Sequence record: KX397371.1
Length of the DNA: 64,000 bases
Direction: 5' to 3' (one strand)
Shown piece after piece: positions 39,301-47,835 of this stretch. Below the pieces are notes generated by a model that made no database searches, had not been told where the DNA came from, and worked only from the letters and a program-made list of their open reading frames with translations. Every line of letters starts with the position of its first letter. Positions within the stretch are counted from its first letter, which is position 1. The position numbers were made by a program, and so were the translations under genes.

Positions 39301-40549
39301 CACCTTCATTCGCAGTAAAGAAGGTGAGGAACACAAGCCGGGTGAAGTGCTGTCGTTTATCGACGGACTGGTACCGGATACGCTGATGGATGATGCGAAG
39401 CGTCAAAACTTCGTGGGTATCCAGTATGGTTCGACCACAACGGTCGTAGGGGCAATGGTACCGCCTTATCGGACTGAGTTAGAGAAGAGCGTTGCACATC
39501 GCACGTCGGTGAAACACGCACGCGGTATCGATAAGCCGGGCAAAATCGTCATGAAGACGGATGAGTTTATCCGTATCAAGTACGACGACGGTGAAGAAGA
39601 AACGTTTGAACTGGGGCGCTGGTACGGAGCACACGAGGGGACGTATTACCCACACACCGTTATCAGTAAATGGAAGCAGGGTGACAAACTGCCCGCGGGG
39701 TCTATCATCACCTTTAACGGTGATCACTTCGAACCGGATCTCTACGATCCAACACAGGTTTGCTTGAAAGAATCCATTCTGGCTAATGTCGCGTTGATTG
39801 AAGCGGAAGAGGTTATTGAAGACTCGAATGCAATTAGTGAGCGGTTCGCTGCGAAAGCACAGTCTGATGTGACCAAAATCAAAGAAGTCACGATTGGCTT
39901 TAACCAGAACATGTTGGAAATGGTGAAAGAAGGCGACCATGTAGATGTGGAGTCAATTCTATGCACCTTCAGCGACAACCTGAACGACGATATGAGCGGC
40001 TTCAGTAAAGAAGCAGCCCAAACCCTGTACGAACTCAGTTCGTTCTCACCGCAAGCCGGTGTGCGGGGACACATCGATAAAATCGAAGTGGTTTACCATG
40101 GTGACCCAGAAGACCTGACTCCATCGCTGAAAACGTTGGTGAATGGGAAAGACCGTCAACGTCGTAAACTGGCAAACGCGCTGGGCAAGGACATTCCAAC
40201 GTCCGGTAGCGTAAACGGGGATTACCGTGTAGACGGTGTGCCGCTGGCGTACAACACGATGTGTGTGAAGTTCTATATCACGCACCGTGTGGACATGGCG
40301 GCTGCTGACAAAATGGTTATCGCTAACCAGTTGAAAACCACGGTACAAGAATTGATGCGTGGCGAGAACTACACTGAACGTGGAGAGGAGCTGGACATCA
40401 TCTTTGGCCGTAACTCGGTGGATGCCCGTATCGTAGGTTCACTGATGCGTATCGGAACATGTAATGCCGCCGGTTTCCATGGCGGTCTTTGTGTCGGGAA
40501 GATTTTAGACGGTGAGGCCGTTCCTGAACTCCCTGCTAAAATCAAATAA
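36362..40549 (+). CDS. Virion RNA polymerase beta subunit, N-terminal/major fragment (phiKZ gp178-like)
   Basis: GTWMANG, DDAKRQ, EDS.AIS, ADKMVIANQLKT, DIIF…S…R are RpoB-like motifs; 1395 aa. Confidence 0.88.
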   Translation: MLLIKQFNQRFSVRRTDEFGKPRIIPLEKLQIPRGSVFHTVDLDQVVLAPPVTTPYFQELEKPAQIRHHYRLPEDGISGKPIPVPVQGQERQILAYHRANRRFRRLTDDTLVRRDPKVLLIENYTPMLPHYRYPDTLMSWYDRLRNIQVLIANQFKYDTAEYLRQNYIIVNLGSTLPSFDKFKTTYNNRIKNKLEHFQSIELLWLLDLFGWARGDQKDTLFAGMDMTQLSRMNFIFTHNSGFTSMNMGVVERMRKSAGGRLTDDVMSRHFYRTLIQVMTTQPSDKFETEFVTPEGEEQTVMHDVENDDIVEGSDDITDEDIVNDEPVVNDDDVDFDTNEDLVIEAPKEDVKPTTIVVEKTIDHAAVIKQEVEKLAEAGRVTAKAYKFLNESNQRFNQLPNPYNPKETYEQALTYSVKDIEVKPKKTLVKPLVTTEDWTQSTVDAMDKQYNSVVLPKDILSAVASSQRLGMAIHDHKVEKEISVTGNIEHHTLRLQPIGGEPVTVRFQTPALTEDGTWMANGTEYTMRRQRVDLPIRKVDFDTVALTTAYGKNFVRRSDKVANDYGRWLTNAIIVQAVDPKNTNVTDAKLANVFDPLNTLPRQYTMVARRVSGFNAMGYQWNFDSKKLNEFFGEEGVKNLEAKELLPVAKMRGNKFIGMDENSQIYKVDGDKMEPQGDLADFLGVDATKSPREMTELSLMGTSLTLGFIFSYYLGLTGMLKHFGIRYEVLPPGNRIDKTLYDSVIRLADSKIVVICDNDKQRMIVNGLDKYLKLLTTYTESEVDREDIYLNLIRDADGLTPRYINELRLMRTAFVDDMHARILRKMGEPETFIGLLERANEMLLTDYTKPEINGDEMMFVGNQRIAYHVYTAMVRAMRNYQNAPGSNRRFELSQDMVWGAINSDPSVLLAPGANPIQCTKEKDVITMGGTGGRNRKTMVYHTREFQESDLGIVSGNTVDNGDVGITAFLTNNPRFDTVDGTTFIRSKEGEEHKPGEVLSFIDGLVPDTLMDDAKRQNFVGIQYGSTTTVVGAMVPPYRTELEKSVAHRTSVKHARGIDKPGKIVMKTDEFIRIKYDDGEEETFELGRWYGAHEGTYYPHTVISKWKQGDKLPAGSIITFNGDHFEPDLYDPTQVCLKESILANVALIEAEEVIEDSNAISERFAAKAQSDVTKIKEVTIGFNQNMLEMVKEGDHVDVESILCTFSDNLNDDMSGFSKEAAQTLYELSSFSPQAGVRGHIDKIEVVYHGDPEDLTPSLKTLVNGKDRQRRKLANALGKDIPTSGSVNGDYRVDGVPLAYNTMCVKFYITHRVDMAAADKMVIANQLKTTVQELMRGENYTERGEELDIIFGRNSVDARIVGSLMRIGTCNAAGFHGGLCVGKILDGEAVPELPAKIK

Positions 40550-40595
40550 CACTCTGGGCGGGTCGCTACCGCCCAGTCAAACTCCGGAGTAAGGT

Positions 40596-40889
40596 ATGTC
40601 AATTTTAGAACAAATCCGTATGCGCCACAATTTGCCGGTCGCCGACAATGTGCAGTCGCAAGAGACGGACAGCTTTTCACCGGTGCAACGCATGAATGCG
40701 ATTACACTGGCAAATGCCGTGGAACTGACCACGGAAGTTATCCACGGGTTAATGCGTGGGAATAACGGCCTCGATGGTCGCATGGGTGAACAGCGTTTGC
40801 TCAAGCGTGATATTGCCGACATGGTCGGTGGTCGTCTGGCAGGTCGTGTGCAGGATGTTATCAGCACCGTGAAGGGGAACAACCAATGA
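40596..40889 (+). CDS. Small virion head protein (probable)
   Basis: GGAG/AAGG RBS; lies between RNAP and head genes as in SPN3US-like phages. Confidence 0.55.
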   Translation: MSILEQIRMRHNLPVADNVQSQETDSFSPVQRMNAITLANAVELTTEVIHGLMRGNNGLDGRMGEQRLLKRDIADMVGGRLAGRVQDVISTVKGNNQ

Positions 40890-42349
40890 TCAATCTGTAC
40901 TCTGTTAACGCTACTACGAATGCCATGCGTTTGCTGAAACAGGCAAGCCTGCGTTTAAGTGCGGATGAAGGTTCTCCGATTGCGCTGCTGAACAAAGCCA
41001 CAAACCAAGGGTCTGTGTTTGACTCTGCCATCACTGATGAGCAGTTCTTCCAAACCCTGCCGCAAATCACGGCACTGCGCCAGCCTGCGCATGGTACTGG
41101 CGAAGACAACGTGATTGTTGATACGGCTGCCGGTGCAGAGTCCATTCGTGTGGAAGACCACGAACCGACCCTGTATGAACTGAAGCGTATGATCAGCCAG
41201 CGTTGTGCGGGGATGCTGGACTTCTCCCGTAACGTGATTCAGCCGTTCGTGCAGGACGTGTTGAAGAACAACCAGATTGCCCCGGTGCAGGAAGTCAAAG
41301 AAGATTGGCAACTGGTTCCAGTGGATACCGATCCGTGTATCAACGAACCGATTGTACAAGCGCTGATTAACAAACTCGACAACCCGACCGGCATGGGCTT
41401 CTCCCACGAAGCGCTGGACGTGAGTGTGCCGGATGTTATCGATGTGCCGGAAACCGGCCGTAAGACCTTTGACCAGTTGGTGAACAAACTGCTGACTGAA
41501 CTGGGTCTGTCCATGTCCGAAGCGATGCGTACGCTGTGTGCGGGTAACGCGGTTGTGCCGAACTCTACACAGGCTCCGCATTACATGAAGCAGAACGTAC
41601 TGTTCCTTCTGCTCAGTGCGTACTTCTTGGAGAACCCGTGGGCAAACTCTGGCGTCAGTGTTGACCGCTGGAAAGCCCAGTTCACCAAAGCCCACTACAG
41701 CTATTGTGGGTGGGTGTACCTGTACGCCGAAGCCGTCGTGGTGCGCACCAAACTCGGTAACATCGTTTACTCTTACGATGCCAACGACAAGAAAGTGTAC
41801 ATCTGTCAGGAAGCGTTGGACAGCTACCTGAACGACAATGGCACGGTTGAAGCCCTGCTGGGTGCGCTCTATCTGCTGGACGACGGCGACACCACCGCGT
41901 CAACCAACAAGCAGTCGCTGTTGGATAAGCAAGATGCGTACGTGGCCGCGTGGGATCGTCGCAGTTCCATTCGCCGTATGGCAGCCGATACCGATTGGCT
42001 GACCACGAACCGTCAGGCGCTGAAGACGGCATTTAATCTGTCCATCGATACCCTCGATGCGGATTACCTGTCCACTGTCGGCGAAAACAAAAAGCTGACC
42101 CCGGCGGAAGCGAAACTGGCATGTGCGTCGTCCATCGACCACCTGTTCAACCGCAGCACCACCGACATCACCGCATTCATTATTCGTACTGCGTGCTGTG
42201 AAGTGTTTGGCGAGTATGAGCTGTCCAATCTGATGCTTTCTATCCACGAAGGCATGATTGAAGGTCAGAAGCCGGATGCTGTTGCCTCAACGTGGATCAC
42301 CAACTACGTTCTGGATTGGCTGTTGCAGGGTGTGCTAATCGAAGAATAA
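40886..42349 (+). CDS. Virion head (inner/ejection-type) protein, probable
   Basis: 487 aa with strong codon bias, in the RNAP-protease operon; role from synteny. Confidence 0.55.
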   Translation: MINLYSVNATTNAMRLLKQASLRLSADEGSPIALLNKATNQGSVFDSAITDEQFFQTLPQITALRQPAHGTGEDNVIVDTAAGAESIRVEDHEPTLYELKRMISQRCAGMLDFSRNVIQPFVQDVLKNNQIAPVQEVKEDWQLVPVDTDPCINEPIVQALINKLDNPTGMGFSHEALDVSVPDVIDVPETGRKTFDQLVNKLLTELGLSMSEAMRTLCAGNAVVPNSTQAPHYMKQNVLFLLLSAYFLENPWANSGVSVDRWKAQFTKAHYSYCGWVYLYAEAVVVRTKLGNIVYSYDANDKKVYICQEALDSYLNDNGTVEALLGALYLLDDGDTTASTNKQSLLDKQDAYVAAWDRRSSIRRMAADTDWLTTNRQALKTAFNLSIDTLDADYLSTVGENKKLTPAEAKLACASSIDHLFNRSTTDITAFIIRTACCEVFGEYELSNLMLSIHEGMIEGQKPDAVASTWITNYVLDWLLQGVLIEE

Positions 42350-42362
42350 CGGAGGGTGTGGC

Positions 42363-43085
42363 ATGAGTGCCATTGAAACCGCACGCCGCGATCCGCGAAA
42401 GATCCATGCTGACTTGGTCGACGAGGGCACTGCCACTATTACCAAAGGGGGATGTTACCTTTACATCCCTGTTGGGTATACCTCGAAAGAACTGGCGTTC
42501 ATTTCTTCAACGATTGAAATCGTGGGGATGTTCGCCATTTCGACTGACCGTAAGACGTACGGTGTCTCGAACGTCACGACGTTTATTGAGATTACACCGT
42601 CTTCGTTTGAAGAGGTGGATGTTGCAGGCGAGCCTTACTACGAGTTCCGCTTTGACCCCGGTACGGTTGTGTTCCCGAACCGTATGTTGCAAGTGGTTTC
42701 CAACCCGGTGTATAACATCGCCTCCTACGTGTACGATTTTGGTAACAGACCGTTTTGGTTTACCATCGTAGACGATGCTGAGCTGTTGTCCGAAGCACCG
42801 TTGTGGAATGGTTTTCGGGTCTTTGCTGACCAGATTACCGCAGACTGTTACGCGGCACACACCCAACGCAAGAAAGGTGACCCGCGTACGTTCTTCCGTT
42901 ACACGCTGAAAAAAGACAGCGATATGTTTGGTCCCGTCCAGTACATCCCTCTTCGAGATGGTTCGCTTAACAAAACCTCTCGACTGGCGAAGCTTGCTGA
43001 CGTCGAGCTGAAACGCGGGATTCGTTCTGCGCTCAGTGTCGATCCGATTCGTGCTGAACCGCTTGAGGATCTCTTCATGAGATAA
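42363..43085 (+). CDS. Fifth virion RNA polymerase subunit (phiKZ gp176-like), probable
   Basis: 240 aa immediately upstream of the prohead protease; GGAGG RBS. Call rests on recalled synteny and the SRLAKL…G..SAL…EPLEDL tail. Confidence 0.55.
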   Translation: MSAIETARRDPRKIHADLVDEGTATITKGGCYLYIPVGYTSKELAFISSTIEIVGMFAISTDRKTYGVSNVTTFIEITPSSFEEVDVAGEPYYEFRFDPGTVVFPNRMLQVVSNPVYNIASYVYDFGNRPFWFTIVDDAELLSEAPLWNGFRVFADQITADCYAAHTQRKKGDPRTFFRYTLKKDSDMFGPVQYIPLRDGSLNKTSRLAKLADVELKRGIRSALSVDPIRAEPLEDLFMR

Positions 43086-43142
43086 TGGGTAACGGCATCG
43101 TCGCCGGTGCCGTTATTCACTGACAATTAACTGGGGTAAACA

Positions 43143-43949
43143 ATGGATTCGAATTTAACCATGCGTTACAACTGTGTAGCGCTTGCGGGGATAAACAAAG
43201 GGCAGACGCTCCAGAAGGACGCGGACGGATATTACTACGTTCTGCTGGGTGCGTTGAACATTTTCAACTCGGAAGGTATCTTCTACGCGTTTAATGAATC
43301 GAAGCATGTCTTCGACCGTTCAAGCGTGTTCATGCGCAAGGTACAGGCCGGTAACCTGTTTGGTGAAGAAGACCACCCGCCGTTTGAGCCGGGTATGTCA
43401 GAAGCCCAATGGATTGAACGCAACGAATGGATTGAAACCAAGAACGTTGCCATGCACATTCGTGAAGTTGAATTAAAACCGACTGATCAAGTGTGTAACG
43501 GTATGCCGGTGGTGGAAATCTGGGGCTGGATTAAACCGAACCGCGATCGTGGTCCGTATCTGGCTGAGGCATTAGAGAACCCGCATCAGAATGTGTGCTT
43601 CTCTCTGCGTGCCATCGTTCGCGAAGGACGTATCGGTGGTACCCTGTGTCGTCGTATTGACCGTATGGTCACCTTCGACTGGGTTATCGAAGACGGCCTG
43701 CAAATCTGCAACAAATACTCTGCGATTGAACGCGGCAGTAAAGTTGCCCGTGAAAGTACCCGTACGTTTGTTGACCGTCCTATCCATCGTCGTACGCTGG
43801 AAGAGATGGCCTTCAACCCGCAAGCGACGTCTAAGATTGCGACAGAGTCACGCCGTGGCGCAGCACGTCAGATTGCACGCGAGTACCTGAACTATTCCGA
43901 GGCCCGTCCTCATACGCGTGTTGTGGGGTTAGGGAAGGGGAGCTGGTAA
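43143..43949 (+). CDS. Prohead protease (phiKZ gp175-like)
   Basis: YYYV.LGALNIFNS.G.FY, GEEDHPP (His), CFSLRA (Ser), TFDWV.E.G; C-terminal AXE sites. Confidence 0.85.
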   Translation: MDSNLTMRYNCVALAGINKGQTLQKDADGYYYVLLGALNIFNSEGIFYAFNESKHVFDRSSVFMRKVQAGNLFGEEDHPPFEPGMSEAQWIERNEWIETKNVAMHIREVELKPTDQVCNGMPVVEIWGWIKPNRDRGPYLAEALENPHQNVCFSLRAIVREGRIGGTLCRRIDRMVTFDWVIEDGLQICNKYSAIERGSKVARESTRTFVDRPIHRRTLEEMAFNPQATSKIATESRRGAARQIAREYLNYSEARPHTRVVGLGKGSW

Positions 43950-44564
43950 ATGGCTGAACATGATGCTTCCTTAGATAAGTGGTTTGAAAACCAACTACCT
44001 CGTGTCGCGAAGAAACTCACGATAAAAGGGATAGAGGTGCCACCTTTACACATCGGCGGTAAGGTGCGTGTCTTTACACCGCGGTTACCCAACAACCCGG
44101 CACCTGGGGAAGATCAGACCATTCCACGCGTTTGCTGCTCATTAACAATCAAGAACTGTTGTGTGGGTGCTCGCCACAACTTTCAGTTCGCAAACGAGAA
44201 CCCACGGTTGTTCATCTATGCGTTCGATGAACGCAGCGTTGTGCAGCCCTCCGTTGAGGTCACAAAGGAACCGAACCGGGCGGGGGAAGTTTGGATTGTT
44301 CCACACCGTATGGCTAACTGGGAAATCAAGCCTCGTGTGATTGGTGAGATGCGCCTGGCCAATATGGCGAAGGATTACACCGAATTGGACTATGTCCTGT
44401 TGGTGTCCGAACCCACGGTATGGGAAAACGGCACAACGTTGAAACCCGACACGGCCTATCACTTCAAAGTGACATGGTCGCCAGAGTTTCGTTTCACGGA
44501 ACCTAAAGTGGTGCCAGTTGATGTCTATCACGATGCCCTGAATGCGTATACCGTCACCCGTTAA
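43950..44564 (+). CDS. Phage protein with FxPRxP…EDxxxPRVCxS…GEVW motif set (possible ART-like fold)
   Basis: Motifs seen directly; the fold is inference. Confidence 0.45.
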   Translation: MAEHDASLDKWFENQLPRVAKKLTIKGIEVPPLHIGGKVRVFTPRLPNNPAPGEDQTIPRVCCSLTIKNCCVGARHNFQFANENPRLFIYAFDERSVVQPSVEVTKEPNRAGEVWIVPHRMANWEIKPRVIGEMRLANMAKDYTELDYVLLVSEPTVWENGTTLKPDTAYHFKVTWSPEFRFTEPKVVPVDVYHDALNAYTVTR

Positions 44565-44612
44565 GTAAGTTCGTGGTCTGCAAATCACACTTACTACACT
44601 GGAGGCAGTAAC

Positions 44613-44909
44613 ATGAAAGCGGTAAACATTGTGATACCTCCTAGCCTTAACATGTTTTCCCCAGAAGAGTTGAAAGCCGTTGGTTTTCATGCGATTCAGG
44701 GAAGGGTGGGTAAAAACGTCTTAGCCGAAGTGTTGTCTGAACGGTTGGATACAAAGCGAAAGATCAATAATGTCATCGCGGCGATTCCACAGCAAGACCT
44801 CACGAAATTCTATCTCGACCTGCAAGCAGCCGGTGCGACGATTGACTATAGCCGGACGTTCTTCTTACAAACCGAGCTATACCGCCGTATTGTTACTGTG
44901 AAGCAGTAA
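44613..44909 (+). CDS. Hypothetical protein
   Basis: GGAGG RBS, 98 aa. Confidence 0.6.
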   Translation: MKAVNIVIPPSLNMFSPEELKAVGFHAIQGRVGKNVLAEVLSERLDTKRKINNVIAAIPQQDLTKFYLDLQAAGATIDYSRTFFLQTELYRRIVTVKQ

Positions 44910-44966
44910 TAAAAAAATACAGCATTACATGTTTTTGTGCGGGGACTTTTTTAAGGATAACATGAA

Positions 44967-45524
44967 ATGATTTATTTGGATAGCGATGGCGTGTTCGCCG
45001 GTTGGCGATTGTACGCACTGCCCAAATACTTTCCGACGATGACTTCACACGAGTTTAACAAACTACCAGAATTGAAGCGCCGGGGGTTGATGCGAGACAT
45101 GTATCAACAGGAGCCTAACCTCTTCTATAACCTTCCACCAAATAACGCAATGATTCAAGTTCTTGAATTCATTGAGAAAGAATGCTTACCGTGGTCTATT
45201 CTTACCTCCGGGTCAGAAGATCACTTTGATCATGATTTGGTGGTAGATTGCAAAGAGCGCTGGTTTGATAAACACTTTGGTGTTCCAGCAGACAAAATCA
45301 TCGTGACTGAAAACTCAGGCGCGAAGGCGGCGTATGCGGGACGAGGGAAACTGCTTGTTGACGATTTCGGTCGCAATTGTCGCGAGTGGGCACTCAAAGG
45401 TGGTACCGCCTATTGGGTTCACACAGATGAGCCAAACGTGCGGGATCTTATTCGCCACATTGGTGCTTTTGCAGAAGATCCTAATATGCTCTGTGGGTCT
45501 ATCCTACAGATACAAGCAGGTTAG
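44967..45524 (+). CDS. HAD-family 5'(3')-deoxyribonucleotidase-like phosphatase
   Basis: IYLDSDGV (motif I), ILTSG (II), K (III), LLVDD (IV). Confidence 0.8.
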   Translation: MIYLDSDGVFAGWRLYALPKYFPTMTSHEFNKLPELKRRGLMRDMYQQEPNLFYNLPPNNAMIQVLEFIEKECLPWSILTSGSEDHFDHDLVVDCKERWFDKHFGVPADKIIVTENSGAKAAYAGRGKLLVDDFGRNCREWALKGGTAYWVHTDEPNVRDLIRHIGAFAEDPNMLCGSILQIQAG

Positions 45525-45532
45525 GTGTTAAG

Positions 45533-45575
45533 GTGGCCATCCCTCAAAAGGTGGCCACGTATTCTATATTTTTTT
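45533..45575 (+). terminator. Probable terminator
   Basis: GTGGCCA…TGGCCAC hairpin followed by a T-rich tract. Confidence 0.5.
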
Positions 45576-45576
45576 G

Positions 45577-45597
45577 GATATATATTACCTAGGTGAA
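45577..45597 (+). promoter_or_regulatory. Early-promoter-like motif copy 3
   Basis: GATATATATTACCTAGGTGAA, containing an exact TATATTAC. Confidence 0.7.
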
Positions 45598-45640
45598 CTT
45601 GCATCCGTAAGTTTTTCAATCGACTATCGAGGAGTAAACA

Positions 45641-45832
45641 ATGAGCGATTTATTACGCAGCTTTCTGCAATTGCATGACGGTTCTAAAGACGCCTGCAAA
45701 GCATTTGAAGCGCAGTCCACGATGGATGAGCGTGCGGTACTGGTCAGGAAACTGGCCGTCGCTGTCAATGACAAAGACACTGTACGTGAAGCTGAAATCC
45801 GTAAACAACTTTTTGGGACTGTAAACAAATGA
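45641..45832 (+). CDS. Small hypothetical protein
   Basis: GAGGAG RBS, 63 aa, coupled to the HD gene. Confidence 0.65.
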   Translation: MSDLLRSFLQLHDGSKDACKAFEAQSTMDERAVLVRKLAVAVNDKDTVREAEIRKQLFGTVNK

Positions 45833-46506
45833 ATCCACAAGACGTCCGTAAACTGACCGAACAAGTTATCCGCCACTTCTACGACTTCTATCGTTACACG
45901 GATAGCGCACACCGTATTGACCACATCCGTTCCGTTATCAGTAACGTGATTCGCATCTGCTACACCAACGGCTGGCAGGAACATCTGAAGCTGGCCATTA
46001 TCGCAGCAGGTGCCCACGATATCTTCTCAACCAAAGAGCTGAGAGCAGAACACCACATCAAAGGTTTTACGTGGGTGCTTGATAATAAGCCCCTGCTGAT
46101 GCGTAAATACAAACTCACCTCCGACGAGTGCTACACCATCGCGTATGCGGTGATGGAACATCGGGGCAGTTTCAAAGGGAACTACAACAGCATCGTCTCC
46201 GAAATTGTGGCGGCGGCTGACCGTGGGATTCCGTCTAAGGATGATGTGACCAACTACATCGGCCGCAGCTACTTGTATGCGCGTGACAACTTAGAGAAAA
46301 GTATTTCGAATGCGAAGTTCCACGCTGTGGCTCACATTCAGGATAAGTTTGGACGCAACGCTTATGCGAAGGTTCCAGACTGGTACCACGAAATGTTCGC
46401 CAGAGAACTGGCTGAACGACGTGACATTATCGACATGCTCGATACCGACTTCTTTACACCAGACTTGGTGGAAGATTTAGAACGTAAACTCAATAACAAC
46501 CCGTAA
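45829..46506 (+). CDS. HD-domain phosphohydrolase
   Basis: AHRIDHI, AAGAHDI (HD), MEHRGS, AAADRG. Confidence 0.8.
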   Translation: MNPQDVRKLTEQVIRHFYDFYRYTDSAHRIDHIRSVISNVIRICYTNGWQEHLKLAIIAAGAHDIFSTKELRAEHHIKGFTWVLDNKPLLMRKYKLTSDECYTIAYAVMEHRGSFKGNYNSIVSEIVAAADRGIPSKDDVTNYIGRSYLYARDNLEKSISNAKFHAVAHIQDKFGRNAYAKVPDWYHEMFARELAERRDIIDMLDTDFFTPDLVEDLERKLNNNP

Positions 46507-46518
46507 GGATTATCAAAG

Positions 46519-47019
46519 ATGGCCAAAATGACTTCTGTTAAAGACCTGATCGCTGACCTGAACGCTGGCGCTACCACCACCCTGGCTGAGCGTCGCCTGA
46601 CTGAAGAGTCCGTTACCAATCTGGTACGTGGTTTCGAAGCTGGTACACCGACCATCAAAGTCACCCCGAACGAAAAGGGTGAGCATAAGCTGACCATCGC
46701 GGACATGGACACCATGGACCAATACCGCGCCAACTTCCACGAAGCGTTCAGCAGCATTACCAAAGATCTGATTGGTGAAGAAGCGCGTAAAGACCCAGAG
46801 CTGGGTGCGATGGAAGTGACGCTGGATGTCGGTAAGACCACCTTCTCCACTGCGTTCGCCCGCCCGACTGGTGACAACCCATCTCAGAAAGAGTGGGCTG
46901 CTTCCATCGGCTTCGGCTACAGCACCATCAAGAATAAGTCACTGGAAGGCGCGCTGCGTCGTGACTTCGCCAAGGGCTTCCTCGAAGTTGAAGAGGAAGA
47001 CGAAGAAGACGAAGAGTAA
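46519..47019 (+). CDS. Hypothetical protein with acidic C-terminal tail
   Basis: AAGGA RBS, highly biased codons, ends EVEEEDEEDEE. Confidence 0.7.
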   Translation: MAKMTSVKDLIADLNAGATTTLAERRLTEESVTNLVRGFEAGTPTIKVTPNEKGEHKLTIADMDTMDQYRANFHEAFSSITKDLIGEEARKDPELGAMEVTLDVGKTTFSTAFARPTGDNPSQKEWAASIGFGYSTIKNKSLEGALRRDFAKGFLEVEEEDEEDEE

Positions 47020-47192
47020 TGGTCAGGATAGTCATCGACCATCACCCGGATGTTATTCCGTTCACGGCGATTCGAAAGGACGGCACGATTGCACCACCCG
47101 AGCAGTTGGGTATGACAATCCGTGTTGTTCCGTCTCTAACGCCTAAGCCTCTGGACGGGGTAGCAAAACTCTATCACCGGAAACGGCGGTAG
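47019..47192 (+). CDS. Possible 57-aa small protein
   Basis: TAATG-coupled to the upstream gene; manual translation MVRIVIDHHPDVIPF…YHRKRR. Confidence 0.35.
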   Translation: MVRIVIDHHPDVIPFTAIRKDGTIAPPEQLGMTIRVVPSLTPKPLDGVAKLYHRKRR

Positions 47193-47251
47193 GGTTACAG
47201 AAGAGAGCTGTCTTATGACAGCTTTCTTTTTTTTGATCTTGAGAGAACATT

Positions 47252-47788
47252 ATGAACGAAATGATGGGTACGATTACCAACGGGATGTTACCGTGCAGAT
47301 TGTCTCGCGAAGAAATTATTGCCCGTATCGGTTTACTGGCCGATATCCATATCCGAGGTTTGCTTTCCTCGCTGACATTGCAGGAGTTCACGGAGATTGC
47401 CGAGTACCCCGTGGAAATCATGACCTGTACCGCCAACGGCTACCAACGTTTTCTGTCCGAAACGACCCCTACCATTATCCAGAAAACGGCCGGGTTTATT
47501 CTGCGTTATAAATCTGCGTTGATTTACGAGCTGGGCAAAGAAGTGTTGAATGTGCTTGAAAAAGAACACATCACGCTGAATGCTTCAGATGTGGCCAAAC
47601 TGGAAGGGGGTGACAAAAACCTATTGACGCTCTGGACGGTTGCGAACCCAACGTTGTCTGACGTTGCACCCACTTCCCGGTACGACATCTTTGCCACCTA
47701 CCTGTTTATCAGCCACATCAAATGGTTGGTCATCCGCTTAGAAGCGGAAGGTGAGAAACCGGCTGCTGCGGCTGAACAGAAAAAATAA
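47252..47788 (+). CDS. Hypothetical protein
   Basis: 178 aa; ends at the bidirectional terminator. Confidence 0.6.
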   Translation: MNEMMGTITNGMLPCRLSREEIIARIGLLADIHIRGLLSSLTLQEFTEIAEYPVEIMTCTANGYQRFLSETTPTIIQKTAGFILRYKSALIYELGKEVLNVLEKEHITLNASDVAKLEGGDKNLLTLWTVANPTLSDVAPTSRYDIFATYLFISHIKWLVIRLEAEGEKPAAAAEQKK

Positions 47789-47832
47789 AAAGCCACCCAC
47801 TCCCGAAGGAGTGGGTAAGCTTATCTTTTTTT
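47786..47832. terminator. Bidirectional terminator
   Basis: ACCCACTCC-CGAA-GGAGTGGGT flanked by A and T tracts. Confidence 0.75.
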
Positions 47833-47835
47833 GCC

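Noticed and set aside
34692-40549. Inteins or introns in the RNAP genes
   Set aside because: Frames are continuous, with no intein splice motifs or homing-endonuclease signatures seen
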